Source of the DNA: Halobacteriovoraceae bacterium
GTDB taxonomy: Bacteria > Bdellovibrionota > Bacteriovoracia > Bacteriovoracales > Bacteriovoracaceae
Length of the DNA: 64,000 nt
Assembly: GCA_963719505.1 (NCBI GenBank)
Contig: CAVRCF010000002.1
Span: 256,001-320,000, forward strand
Reading direction: 5' to 3'
Below are positions 20,235 to 30,460 of this stretch, one piece after another; the stretch's first letter is position 1; each line of letters opens with the position of its first letter. The notes beneath the pieces are model-generated. The model was given only the letters and a program-made list of their open reading frames with translations, did no database searches and was not told the DNA's origin. Made by a program: the position numbers and the translations under genes.

Positions 20235-21647
20235 ATGACCTTTAAAGAAATACTGCACAGAGACTGGTGCTATTTTTTATTTATCCCTCTTCTGATAGCG
20301 GCTTTTTCCTTCAAAGTTGGTAGTGGGTGGTACTTCCATAATGATGGAGTCTCTTTGGCTTGTTCAATGGAGTCATTTTCAGATTTAATACATCCAGGGA
20401 AATGGGCCGTAAAAGGTTGCACGTATGATCATCAACCTCTTTATTCTCTCTTTGTTAAAGTCGTAACTTTCGTTTTTGGATCAGATCTCAAGATCTTTCA
20501 GTGGATAAATGTCCTTTTTCATCTACTGGCTTGGTTCACTTTGACTAAAACTTTGGCCAAGAAATCAAATATCCTTTTTGCTGGTGCAGTCGTCTTTTTT
20601 TTCATGAGCTCTTTTTCCATTTTATACTGGATTCAAGAACTAAGAATGTACAGTCTGTATTTGTTGGGGTGTTTTTTTGTCGTGGCCGAGATTGAAAAAG
20701 TTGATCTCTCTCAAAGAATTTCGACAAAGAAAAAGGTACTTCATCTTTTAAGTTATTTTAATTTCTTTCTCTATTTGATCCCTTTGGGAGCTTACATCTT
20801 TACTCATATACGTCTTTATAAAAAGGCTGTCTCTCGCTCTTTTCTTTTTTTTGTAGGAGTTCTGTGCCTTTTTGTTTTTATTAAGCTGCCCTCAATGTAT
20901 TGGTGGCGAGTCATTATGAGAAGCGGAGGGCAAAATGCGGCCTTTGAGGATGTCGTCAGTATTTTTGACAAGGGATTCTTTCAAGGGGGAAGTCTCTATA
21001 TCATCTGTGCTTGTATCCTTACTCTCTTTAGTCTTTTATGGAGTCTTTTAAAAGATCGAAAAAATATTAAAACTCAAACTTACTATCTTTTGATTCTCGC
21101 CACTTTTACTGTGGCCTTTGTTACTTCAGTAGGACTTCAAATGCACGAGATAGAGCTGAGATATTTTCTCTACTTGTATCCCATTGTTATCGTTTTTTCT
21201 TTTAAAGCTTTGAGTCATATACTTTCAAATAAAGGGGCAAAGATATTTGTCTCAGTAGCATTAATGGCAATGGGGTTTTTCAACTCAACTCAGATGCATC
21301 GGAGAGGGGAGCTTAACGGCGGAGAGATAAAAGCCAGTGCACAGTTTGTCTCAAACCTTCTTGTGAACCAAGATGAAGTTTGGACAAATGATCCGTATTT
21401 TTATTTTAATTATTTAGGTGTTTATGCTGGCTTGATAAATAAAAAAACAACTCAAGTCAAAGATATAAAGAACTTAAAAAAAGTGGATAAAAAGTCTTAT
21501 TTTATTACGGTTCTTTTAAATAAAAAAGAGCATATTAAAAGACTAGAGGATAAGAAAATTAATTATAAAATGATCTATCACAAAGAAAACTTTCTTGGAT
21601 TCATGAGTATAGTGAGTGAAATTACTGGGGACAAGACTCAACAGTAA
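20235..21647 (+). CDS. GT-C fold membrane glycosyltransferase (ArnT/PMT-like)
   Basis: Multi-TM; HQPLY, ELRMYSL and RYF motifs typical of PMT_2-like enzymes. Confidence 0.7.
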   Translation: MTFKEILHRDWCYFLFIPLLIAAFSFKVGSGWYFHNDGVSLACSMESFSDLIHPGKWAVKGCTYDHQPLYSLFVKVVTFVFGSDLKIFQWINVLFHLLAWFTLTKTLAKKSNILFAGAVVFFFMSSFSILYWIQELRMYSLYLLGCFFVVAEIEKVDLSQRISTKKKVLHLLSYFNFFLYLIPLGAYIFTHIRLYKKAVSRSFLFFVGVLCLFVFIKLPSMYWWRVIMRSGGQNAAFEDVVSIFDKGFFQGGSLYIICACILTLFSLLWSLLKDRKNIKTQTYYLLILATFTVAFVTSVGLQMHEIELRYFLYLYPIVIVFSFKALSHILSNKGAKIFVSVALMAMGFFNSTQMHRRGELNGGEIKASAQFVSNLLVNQDEVWTNDPYFYFNYLGVYAGLINKKTTQVKDIKNLKKVDKKSYFITVLLNKKEHIKRLEDKKINYKMIYHKENFLGFMSIVSEITGDKTQQ

Positions 21648-23202
21648 CTTTCTCTACGTTGATCCCACTATTAGAACTCGACTTTGCTGTTACTATTACT
21701 TCCTTGAGCTTTTTTCGAAGTGAGAGAATAAGTTTGAGTTCAGAGTCAATCTTATCTTCAATTCGGCTTTCGTTATCGATTTCAATCATAAATTCTGAAG
21801 GTTCATTAGAATAGTTTTGAAGGTTAATGGTCACGCATTGACCTGGGACAAATTTTTGATTTATCTTTGTGAATTTAAGTGCAGCCCCTTTAGGTAATAC
21901 AATCTCTTTTTTTAAATCACTATAGGGAATAGAGAATTGAGCTTGAGGAATATTTTTGAGAGAATTGCTGGCATCGATTTTCAAGTCAAACCCAATTAAA
22001 TGGTATTGAAGCCCCTTTGCAAGAAGGAGGTGGTCTCCAAATCTTGTGCATTTTCCTTCTTCACCTAAACTAGTAGAAGCCCAAATATGGTCGGGCTTGT
22101 AGGTGTGCTGTTTTAGAATCGAGAGCATAGGAATCGTCCATCTGGGAGGAGACCATTTGTTTTCTTGTGAGGGCAAAATTCGACATCCGATAAAAGAGGT
22201 GTCGGGGATAGAGAAACTGGACCATATGACGAAAGCTTTTAAACTTAGAAGGACCAAGATAACGGGGCAAAAAAGCAGGTAGCCTTTTGGAATAATGAAT
22301 GATGGTAAAAATCGAAAGAGGGCAAAGATGATGATCACTGTCGGCACGAGAAAGAGTCTGATGGAGAAGATATTTAAATAATAAGCCTCTGGCGTTCTCT
22401 TTAGCATCGCGATCGAAAGATAAAAAAGGACTGTTGCGGCAAGAATCTTCGCAAGCTTTGATTTTGAAGACAGCAGTAAGATTCCTGATACGAGAACGAC
22501 ACTCAATGAGAAACGACTAAAGAGATCATTTGAAAGACTTAAACTCGATATATAGGATTGATTGGCGACGAATAATTTATATTTGAAGGCGATAAATAAA
22601 AGGAGAAAGAAAAATTCAAACCCAAGAAACTTACGCATGGGAGAGTCTTTAACCTTTAATAAATAATGTCCAATAAGGCACAAAATAAAAAGGATGCCCA
22701 GGTCATGGCCAAAAAGAATAACGAGATGACAAAGGAGAAAGAGGACGATCTCCCAACTTTTGAGTCGATCTTTTAAAGCCAATCCTAAGGTCATGGTACC
22801 AAAGGTTACCGAGAGGTTTATAGTACCTATTGGGAACATTAAACCAAAAGGAATGACTAAAAAGAGCACGGCCCAGGCAAATTTCTTTGTGCGTGGCTCT
22901 TGAGATTTACTACTTGCAAAAAGGCCTAAAGAAATTAGCGGGATAAAGTATAAAGTTGCTTTAAAAACCCAATAAGAAAAGGGGCTTGGTCCAAAAACCT
23001 TTAAAGATAGGATGGTTGGGATTTGGAAGATAAAATCACTATAGCGATTCCATAAATGATCAATAAAGAAGCCCTTATTGACCAATTGATAGAGAAAATG
23101 AGTTCCATCATTCCAAAGAGCGGCATCGGTAAAGGTGAGAAGAAAAAAGAAGAGTAAATAGATTAAAAAGACTCGTCTTTCTTTGACATTTATAAGTTCC
23201 AC
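21622..23202 (-). CDS. Polytopic membrane protein, possibly a second GT-C
   Basis: About 10 TM helices, LWNDG in the first loop, soluble C-terminal domain; glycosylation context. Confidence 0.55.
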   Translation of the reverse strand: MELINVKERRVFLIYLLFFFLLTFTDAALWNDGTHFLYQLVNKGFFIDHLWNRYSDFIFQIPTILSLKVFGPSPFSYWVFKATLYFIPLISLGLFASSKSQEPRTKKFAWAVLFLVIPFGLMFPIGTINLSVTFGTMTLGLALKDRLKSWEIVLFLLCHLVILFGHDLGILFILCLIGHYLLKVKDSPMRKFLGFEFFFLLLFIAFKYKLFVANQSYISSLSLSNDLFSRFSLSVVLVSGILLLSSKSKLAKILAATVLFYLSIAMLKRTPEAYYLNIFSIRLFLVPTVIIIFALFRFLPSFIIPKGYLLFCPVILVLLSLKAFVIWSSFSIPDTSFIGCRILPSQENKWSPPRWTIPMLSILKQHTYKPDHIWASTSLGEEGKCTRFGDHLLLAKGLQYHLIGFDLKIDASNSLKNIPQAQFSIPYSDLKKEIVLPKGAALKFTKINQKFVPGQCVTINLQNYSNEPSEFMIEIDNESRIEDKIDSELKLILSLRKKLKEVIVTAKSSSNSGINVEKVTVESCPQ

Positions 23203-23217
23203 GATTCTAATATAACA

Positions 23218-24315
23218 ATGGAATCAAAAAAAGAATACTTTAAAGTTTTAGATGTCTTAAGGGTCTGGGCAATTGTTGAAATTGTTCTTCATCACGCTAG
23301 ACTAGGAGACTTTTTTCATCTTAGAGCTTATATCTTTGCTGATTTCTTTTTTATTCTAAGTGGTTTTATTCTTTTTAAAAACGATTTTATAAAAGAAACG
23401 TTCTCTTTTGATGGCTTTGTTATAAAGCGCTTAATGAGACTTTATCCTCTTCACCTTGCAGCGACAATAGCTCTGTGTATCCACTTTCTGCTTTTGTCTC
23501 AAGGTATACCCGTTTTCAAAGATGGATCTCTTTACACTTTCTTTAACTATGTCTTTTTTTTACAGGGGCTAGGATTTAGAAAAATTTCAGATGGTGATTG
23601 GAATTATCCTTCCTGGGCCATCAGTGTAGAGTTTTGGTCAAATGTCATCTTTGCCTTGTTCTTAAGATATAAAAACAAAATAACATATTTGCTATTGGCC
23701 ATGCTGGGCTACTTGGTCATTTATTCAATAGAGGGACATCTCAATACTTTTACTTACAACTACTTTGGCTTTTTAAATTCAGGTATGGTGCGAGGGCTTT
23801 CAGGGATGTGCCTTGGGGCATTTTTGGCCACACTCAATTTTCATAAAGAGAAAGAGGCGTCAGTCTATATATGGACTTTGGCTGAAGTTCTGTCCGTTGC
23901 TGGGATCGTTTTATTATTAAAGTCTTCTCAGGACGAAACTTCACTCTATTTTGATTTTTTGGCCATGCCAGTTTTTGCTCTTATGATTCTTTATTTCTCA
24001 CAAGCTCAGGGACTTGTCTCTAAGCTTGTATTAAAGCTAAGAATTAATAAATTATCTATTTATGTTTTTGCTGCTTATCTTTTTCATATTCCAGCGTTGA
24101 AGATTATGTACGAAGGATTAAGGATTGGTGAAAAATACCAGGTTCCAACCTATATTGGACTGGTGGCCCTTTTAGCTGTGCTCTCTCATCACTTTGTTGA
24201 GAAGCCCTTTCGAAGGCTTGATCCAAATCAAGGAAAATTGAACTCATTCTGGGTTTTTAGTATTTTTGTTTTGCTCCTTATGGTTGTGGGGCTTATCGTA
24301 AAATTGATTGCTTAA
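23218..24315 (+). CDS. Acyltransferase-3 family O-acyltransferase (OafA-like)
   Basis: LDVLR, DFFFILSGF, KRLMRLYP, WAISVEF, YLFH and VEKPF motifs. Confidence 0.9.
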   Translation: MESKKEYFKVLDVLRVWAIVEIVLHHARLGDFFHLRAYIFADFFFILSGFILFKNDFIKETFSFDGFVIKRLMRLYPLHLAATIALCIHFLLLSQGIPVFKDGSLYTFFNYVFFLQGLGFRKISDGDWNYPSWAISVEFWSNVIFALFLRYKNKITYLLLAMLGYLVIYSIEGHLNTFTYNYFGFLNSGMVRGLSGMCLGAFLATLNFHKEKEASVYIWTLAEVLSVAGIVLLLKSSQDETSLYFDFLAMPVFALMILYFSQAQGLVSKLVLKLRINKLSIYVFAAYLFHIPALKIMYEGLRIGEKYQVPTYIGLVALLAVLSHHFVEKPFRRLDPNQGKLNSFWVFSIFVLLLMVVGLIVKLIA

Positions 24316-24366
24316 AATAGTTTATGTTTTTAGACAACGAAGTCTTTTTGTAATACGGTTGTACTC

Positions 24367-25749
24367 ATGATGCGCATCTTCCTTTTTCTATTACTCTTAA
24401 GCACTGTGTGCTTTTCCAAAGTAAAAATGTCTAAAAATGATTATAGCTATGCTCTTCTTGACCTAAGCACCAATAAGCTCAAAGTAAAACACAACCAAGA
24501 TAAGCCTATGGTTCTAGCTTCAGTGAGTAAGCTCTTCACGATGCACTACGCTTTATCTCAGTTGGGTGGTGATTTTCAGTTCACCACAAATGTTTATTTC
24601 GATGGGAAAATTGATGGTGGAGTAGGCAGGGGAAAGTTGTATCTCGTGGGCTCTGGTGATCCCTATTTAGTAGTGCCAAATTTAATTTTCTTAATTCAAC
24701 AATTAAAAAAAGCTGGAATAAAAAAGCTCGATGGTGAGTTCTTCTATGATGACAGCCAGTTGGCATTTACCAAGAGACTTTCAAGCTTAGGCTTAGAGGA
24801 CCAGCCGGATAATCCATCAATGGGGGCTCTCAATATTGAATTTAATCGTTTTAAAATTTGGGGCAAAGGGGCATTGATTCACCCTCCACTTGAAAGCATA
24901 GAGCTTCAAAGTGCAGACAAAAGCTCCCATGGTCTAAAATTTGATTTTTTAGAAGATAAAAAAGTCGAGACGTGGCAAGTTCATAAAAAAGAAGACCTTC
25001 GCTATATTGAAGATCTTCCCATTCGAGATAGCTCTATTTTTACGGCGGAGTTTTTTCGCTTCCTGGGGAATCGTCATGGGCTAGAACTTCCTAAAGCTAA
25101 AACCGGGCTATGGGATAATAAAGGAGACCTCTTAGCTGTCCATTCAAGCTTGCCCTTGAGTAGACTTGCTTATTTAGGTCTGGAATACAGTAATAATCTC
25201 ATCGCTGAAACACTGTTAAAAAGGGCCGCTAAAGAGCAGTCTAAAAAAACTCTCAATAGTGAAGAAGCCTCAAAGGTTATGTATAAATGGCTTAAAGAGA
25301 ATTTTGGCAAAGTAGCTTGGAAGAATTCAAGTTTTAAAAATGGCTCTGGGTTAACGATTGATAATCAAGTAAGTGCCAAGACGATGGTGGAATATCTAAG
25401 AGACTTAGCAAATCACCAGTATGAGAAACAATCCTTTATGTCTCTTTTATCTATCAATTCTCATAGCGGAGGTTTGGCCAAAAGACTGCGCCATCCAAAG
25501 CATGCCTATAGAGTTTTTGGAAAAACAGGCTCTCTTTATTATGTTAGTAATTTAGCTGGCTATGTTATTGCTGACTCTGGTAAAAAGTACGCTTTTGCAA
25601 TTATGATGACTGATAAAGATAAAAGAGATCAATTAAATACTAAAAATTCATCTCAAAATAATGAGCTTAGACAAAAAAATAAAAGCTGGTTCTCTTCTTC
25701 AATTGGTCGACAGGATAAATTACTACAAAGTTGGATAAGCAATTTTTAG
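24367..25749 (+). CDS. dacB: D-Ala-D-Ala carboxypeptidase/endopeptidase (peptidase S13, PBP4)
   Basis: ASVSK (SxxK), GSGDP, SNN (SxN), NGSGL and KTG motifs; signal peptide. Confidence 0.92.
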   Translation: MMRIFLFLLLLSTVCFSKVKMSKNDYSYALLDLSTNKLKVKHNQDKPMVLASVSKLFTMHYALSQLGGDFQFTTNVYFDGKIDGGVGRGKLYLVGSGDPYLVVPNLIFLIQQLKKAGIKKLDGEFFYDDSQLAFTKRLSSLGLEDQPDNPSMGALNIEFNRFKIWGKGALIHPPLESIELQSADKSSHGLKFDFLEDKKVETWQVHKKEDLRYIEDLPIRDSSIFTAEFFRFLGNRHGLELPKAKTGLWDNKGDLLAVHSSLPLSRLAYLGLEYSNNLIAETLLKRAAKEQSKKTLNSEEASKVMYKWLKENFGKVAWKNSSFKNGSGLTIDNQVSAKTMVEYLRDLANHQYEKQSFMSLLSINSHSGGLAKRLRHPKHAYRVFGKTGSLYYVSNLAGYVIADSGKKYAFAIMMTDKDKRDQLNTKNSSQNNELRQKNKSWFSSSIGRQDKLLQSWISNF

Positions 25750-25778
25750 GTCGTTTTTATTTTTACGTGAGGGATAGA

Positions 25779-25806
25779 TGTCAGCCCTATATTGCAAGGG
25801 CTGACA
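25779..25806. terminator. Hairpin between convergent dacB and HPF-like genes
   Basis: TGTCAGCCCT-N8-AGGGCTGACA perfect 10-bp stem. Confidence 0.7.
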
Positions 25807-25815
25807 GTGGTATTT

Positions 25816-26166
25816 TTAAATTTGTGTTTCAACTAAAATTTCATTTGGACTTTTGTGATTCGTGAGCTTTCCAGCCGTTTTGTCTAGAGACTTTAAAAGC
25901 TTCTGTCTCGCAGAGGTGATAGCTTTATGGATAGTATCAGACTCTGCACTTACACTTAGTGGCTTGTGGTTAGAAAGTCTTGCCTCTAAAAGGCATCTTT
26001 TGTCGTTTGGACCAGATTTGGCCGCATTCTCATCGCTTAGGTGAACTTCAATGCGAGTGAGGGCATTTTCGTATCTTTCAAAGGTAGAAGAAAAGCTCTC
26101 ATTGATAAACTCGTTAAGTTCAGCGCTTCCTTTGATATTGTGTCCTGTGTTAACTTGAATCTTCAT
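25816..26166 (-). CDS. HPF/RaiA family ribosome-associated protein
   Basis: MKIQVNT...LTRIEVHLSDEN..KSGPNDKRCLLEARL pattern. Confidence 0.85.
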   Translation of the reverse strand: MKIQVNTGHNIKGSAELNEFINESFSSTFERYENALTRIEVHLSDENAAKSGPNDKRCLLEARLSNHKPLSVSAESDTIHKAITSARQKLLKSLDKTAGKLTNHKSPNEILVETQI

Positions 26167-26376
26167 GCTATCTCCTTGTTGTTATTCATCCAGACTATTA
26201 TAGCACCTTGATCGGGGCAATTAAGTGTGTAGATAATCTAGTTTATGAATAGAAATCGTAACATTTAGGCTCTAGGCCTGATACAGCTTGGACATAAAAG
26301 AGTCGTTTGTAATAATTTACACAGCTTCTGTTAGTCTCTTTAAAGTTATCGAGCTTTAAATTGGATAAAATTCACT

Positions 26377-26748
26377 ATGATGACGTTTAACTATTTTATT
26401 TATTCACATCTTTTAAGCTCTTTTTTAGTCGTTGCTTTCTTTGGCTTTACTTTGAGATTTTGGCGTCCTGAATTAGATCGGGCCCAAAAACGCAGAGTCT
26501 TTCGCATTTCAACTTTTATCTATATTCCAGTGGCACTGCTTATCGCTTATCAAAAATCGGCTCATCTAAGCTATGATATTAATTTGATAACTGCTTTGCT
26601 GATCAGTTTAGCCTTTGGTGGTGCAATGACGTTAAAAAATAAAGACTGGGCTTTTTGTTCAACTTTAATAGGTATGTTTTTAGGGATGCATTTTATTTGG
26701 GTCAAATATGTCGGAGAGGTCCTTTTGAGCTTTAGTATCTTGAGATAG
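26377..26748 (+). CDS. Hypothetical four-TM membrane protein
   Basis: Hydrophobic ORF filling the intergenic gap. Confidence 0.6.
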   Translation: MMTFNYFIYSHLLSSFLVVAFFGFTLRFWRPELDRAQKRRVFRISTFIYIPVALLIAYQKSAHLSYDINLITALLISLAFGGAMTLKNKDWAFCSTLIGMFLGMHFIWVKYVGEVLLSFSILR

Positions 26749-26810
26749 TCTCATGCTAAAAAGCTTGGCATCAACCAAGGAGATGTTAAGATCTATCAAG
26801 GAGAAATTGT

Positions 26811-27143
26811 ATGCCCCATATAGTCATTCAACATGATAAAAAAATAAAAGATGAAGTTAATCTTCCTAGGTTAGCTCAAGACCTTCACGATAAACTCGCA
26901 GACCAAGAGACGATTAGTCTTGAAGCGATTAAGACGCGAACGATTCAGATCGAAAATGTTATCATCGCTGATGGGTCAAATAATAAAATGATCCATATTG
27001 AGGTTCAGCTTCTGGCCGGAAGATCTCATGATCTTAAAGAGCATATGGCCTTAGAGCTGTTTACTACGGCCCAAAAGTCCCTGGAAAATAATGATTGTGC
27101 TCTAACAGTGAATATTTCAGAACTTGGAGTTTATAAAAAGTAG
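26811..27143 (+). CDS. 5-carboxymethyl-2-hydroxymuconate isomerase-like tautomerase
   Basis: N-terminal MPH (catalytic Pro1), IKTR and LLAGRS motifs. Confidence 0.85.
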   Translation: MPHIVIQHDKKIKDEVNLPRLAQDLHDKLADQETISLEAIKTRTIQIENVIIADGSNNKMIHIEVQLLAGRSHDLKEHMALELFTTAQKSLENNDCALTVNISELGVYKK

Positions 27144-27147
27144 ATTT

Positions 27148-28608
27148 CTATTTCGTATAAACCCTTCTGTGAGCAATGATAAGTAAGACAAGAGCTGTTA
27201 AACCCACAGCGAATCCAATGGGTTTACTGACAGACTCAGAGAGCCCAAATCCAATTCCTGCGGTCATAATATATGAAGCTGTCACAGCTGTTCCAATAAT
27301 GGCAGGGATGCTTGCAATCCAGTGAAATGTCTTTTTCACAAAGAGATACTTTACCGCAAGCCAAAGAACACTTGTCGATAAAAGCATATTTGAAAAAGCA
27401 AAGTAGCGCCAAATAAGAGAGAAATCAATCTTAGTCATAAAGTAGGCGATAATTAAAATAGGGATGGAGACAAGAAGTCTATTTTTTAAACTTTGAGAGA
27501 TATTAAAAGCATCAATGATGGTAAGGCGTAAAGATCTAAAGGCGGTATCTCCAGAAGTAATAGGAAAAATCGCAACAGATAATATGGCCATCACTCCTCC
27601 AAAAACACCTAAATATGAAGTGGCCACTTGTTTGACAACGAGACCAGGTCCACCCAGATCGAGAACACTTTTTAATTCAGCATAGCCATCTGGAAAAGCT
27701 GCAATACCAGCAAGGGCCCAAACACAAGCGACGACACCTTCAGCGAGCATCGCTCCATAATAGACCGGACGAACATATTTCTCATTGGTCAGACAGCGCG
27801 CGATTATAGGAGCTTGAGTAGAGTGAAATCCACTGATGGCACCACAGGTGATGGTGACAAAAAGAAGAGGCCAAATTGGTGGTCCATCGGGAGCTCTGGT
27901 TAAAAGATCACTCGTGAGATGATTGTGGTCAAGGAAGCTAAAGATATTTTTTATCTCTGGAAGCGCAGGCGCATTGATTAATAAAGAGATTGCAATAGAG
28001 ACTGTCATCAGCACCATGAGAAGTCCAAATGCGGGATAAAATTTAGTGATGATTTTATCAATAGGAAGAAGTGTAGCCAAAAAGTAGTAGGCCAAAATAA
28101 GGAGAACCCAAAAAGTATTATTTGAGAACATGGTATTACTAAAAATATCGAGATTACTAATCAGCCCTGCTGGAGACATGATAAAAACAACACCAACAAA
28201 AAATAAAAGCATCGCTGTAAAAAGCAGCATAATCGCTTTGAAATAGATATTAAAATAGTGCCCCGCAATTTCAGGTAAACTCTTACCGTCCTCTTTAATA
28301 CTTAAGACACCGGAGAAAAAATCGTGAACCGACCCTCCAATAATATTTCCAAGAACAATCCACACAAGGGCCACTGGACCGTAGAGGGCTCCGAGAATCG
28401 GACCAAAGATTGGTCCGACACCTGCGATATTTAAAAATTGAATAAGAAAGGCTTTTAGGGGAGAGACGGGAACATAATCAACTCCATCTTCAAAACGAGA
28501 AAGGGGAGTCTGGGCTTTGGGATCAATTTTCGCCTGCTTTTCCACAAAGGGACTGTAGAACTTGTAGGCCAAGGCCAAAAGAGTAAGGCAGAGTATAAAG
28601 ATCAGCAT
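27148..28608 (-). CDS. cstA: Carbon starvation CstA family transporter
   Basis: DGVDYVP, IAGVGPIFGP, CGAISGFHSTQ and TSGDTAFR motifs. Confidence 0.92.
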   Translation of the reverse strand: MLIFILCLTLLALAYKFYSPFVEKQAKIDPKAQTPLSRFEDGVDYVPVSPLKAFLIQFLNIAGVGPIFGPILGALYGPVALVWIVLGNIIGGSVHDFFSGVLSIKEDGKSLPEIAGHYFNIYFKAIMLLFTAMLLFFVGVVFIMSPAGLISNLDIFSNTMFSNNTFWVLLILAYYFLATLLPIDKIITKFYPAFGLLMVLMTVSIAISLLINAPALPEIKNIFSFLDHNHLTSDLLTRAPDGPPIWPLLFVTITCGAISGFHSTQAPIIARCLTNEKYVRPVYYGAMLAEGVVACVWALAGIAAFPDGYAELKSVLDLGGPGLVVKQVATSYLGVFGGVMAILSVAIFPITSGDTAFRSLRLTIIDAFNISQSLKNRLLVSIPILIIAYFMTKIDFSLIWRYFAFSNMLLSTSVLWLAVKYLFVKKTFHWIASIPAIIGTAVTASYIMTAGIGFGLSESVSKPIGFAVGLTALVLLIIAHRRVYTK

Positions 28609-28709
28609 TATTTACATCCGTTATCAAAAGTTTTACTTTATTATAACGATAACAGAGTCGATTGTTCAAATGAAAGCTCAGGTTAAGAAAGTTTTAAAAG
28701 AGGACAATG

Positions 28710-29426
28710 ATGTGTATCGCCTTCATTAAAAAATCTAAATTAAAAACCATTGTTCTTTTCAATAGGGATGAATCTTACCTTCGCCAAACAAGTCCTATGA
28801 CCGTGGAGTCTTGTTATATTGCCGGAAGAGATATAAAAGCGGGGGGAACTTGGCTTGCTGTTGATAAGAAAAGCGGTAACTTTTCATTTGTAACAAATAT
28901 AAGAGACAAGTCTTTGGTAAAAGATGATAAGAAATCCAGAGGAGAGATCCCTTTGTCTTTACTCTCAAAGGAAAATGTCTACGGAGAAGATTACAATCCT
29001 TTTAATGCTATTGTTGGAGATAAAGATTCCTTTTTTTATCAAAACTATCTGATGAATAAACCTGTCCCCTTAGTTATTGAAAAAGGGGGCTTTGGTATCT
29101 CCAATGAAATTCTTCCAAGTTTGTGGCCCAAGATAGAACTTGGAAAAAAGAAATTAGATGAACTTGATGAATATGACTCTAATGAAAACCTTATCCCAAA
29201 GCTTCTCGATTTAATGGGCAACTCTTTAACTTTTGATTTTACTCCTATAGGAACTGGCTTTTCAAAGGAGCAGGAGCATCTTTTATCTTCTATCTTTATC
29301 AAGTCTAGAGATTATGGAACGGTTTCTACGACTATTCTTATCTATGAAAAGAAAACTGTAGCAATTTTTGAGAAAGACTATATAAACAAGGTCGAGTTCT
29401 ATCATCAGCTAAGACTTGAAGATTAG
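28710..29426 (+). CDS. NRDE/TANGO2 family Ntn-hydrolase-like protein
   Basis: Starts MC; NRDE, GGTWL, SRG and YGT motifs. Confidence 0.9.
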   Translation: MCIAFIKKSKLKTIVLFNRDESYLRQTSPMTVESCYIAGRDIKAGGTWLAVDKKSGNFSFVTNIRDKSLVKDDKKSRGEIPLSLLSKENVYGEDYNPFNAIVGDKDSFFYQNYLMNKPVPLVIEKGGFGISNEILPSLWPKIELGKKKLDELDEYDSNENLIPKLLDLMGNSLTFDFTPIGTGFSKEQEHLLSSIFIKSRDYGTVSTTILIYEKKTVAIFEKDYINKVEFYHQLRLED

Positions 29427-29437
29427 AAGTATTTTTC

Positions 29438-30457
29438 TTAACGCCTATTCTTGTTCCAAGAAATTCCTAATGTGAGAAGCTTTGAGATAAGCTCTTTGTA
29501 TTTGAGTCCATGGGCTTCTGCCGCTTCAGGAAACTCATCTCCACATTGAATTCCAGGATTTGGATTGGCCTCTAGAAAATAGGGTTTCCCATTTTCGTGA
29601 AATCTAAAATCTAGTCTTGCATAACCGGACAGTCCCAGTGCTTTATAGACTTTTTTTGTGAGTTTCATTAATTGATCAATTTCTTCAGGAGTTAAGTTGG
29701 AAGCCTCAACGGATTGGATTCCATACTTTTCCCGGTAGTCATCATCCCACTTGACTTTTTCTGTCGCGAACTTCTTTGTGCCTTTAGGAAGTTTGGAAAA
29801 TTCAAGTTCCCACACAGGAAAGGTCGTGACTCTTTGATTGCCCATGATTCCCACATAGAGCTCTCGTCCTTTAATATATTGCTCCGCTATCGCATCTGTT
29901 TCCACACTTTCATGAATAAAGGAGACTCGCTCTTTAAGAGCTTCAAAATTATTAACCACAGAAGCCTGTGCAATTCCTGTTGATGATTCGGCCGTGGTGG
30001 ACTTTACAATAAGAGGATAGATGAGCTTTTTTGTGTCTCTTATTTTTTGGTTTTTAGGAAAAACAAAAAACTTAGGAACGGGAATCTTATGATAGGCCAA
30101 AATCTTTTTACTGAGCGCTTTATCTCTAGCAAGGGTAAGCCCACGAGGATTGCATCCTGTATAGGCTTGTTTTTTAAGTTCTAGGTAAGAGACTATATGC
30201 TGGTCGAAAGTGGGCTCACTATCAAATTCTTCCAGAAGATTGAAAACAATATGAGGCTTAAAGTCATTGAGTGCATTTCTTAGAAGCTCTAAATTTCCGA
30301 TAAGACCCAAAGGCTCGACGGTATGACCTAACTCTGTAAGGGTCTGCATGACATCGTATTCTGTTTTCCAATCTGCACTAATATACTCTTTTTGCGTAAA
30401 TTCTTTGGGAGGAATTAAATCTGTATGCATTAAAACCAAGACTTTTAACTTCGCCAT
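29438..30457 (-). CDS. D-Ala-D-Ala ligase-like ATP-grasp protein
   Basis: VFNL, YTG, DKALSK, YPLIVK, EQYIKGRE, GYARLDFR and LEANPNP motifs; N-terminus differs from canonical Ddl. Confidence 0.85.
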   Translation of the reverse strand: MAKLKVLVLMHTDLIPPKEFTQKEYISADWKTEYDVMQTLTELGHTVEPLGLIGNLELLRNALNDFKPHIVFNLLEEFDSEPTFDQHIVSYLELKKQAYTGCNPRGLTLARDKALSKKILAYHKIPVPKFFVFPKNQKIRDTKKLIYPLIVKSTTAESSTGIAQASVVNNFEALKERVSFIHESVETDAIAEQYIKGRELYVGIMGNQRVTTFPVWELEFSKLPKGTKKFATEKVKWDDDYREKYGIQSVEASNLTPEEIDQLMKLTKKVYKALGLSGYARLDFRFHENGKPYFLEANPNPGIQCGDEFPEAAEAHGLKYKELISKLLTLGISWNKNRR

Positions 30458-30460
30458 TTC

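Noticed and set aside
17754-30457. Vancomycin-resistance cluster (vanX plus ligase)
   Set aside because: The genes are 11 kb apart, with no vanH/vanR/vanS, in a diderm-type context
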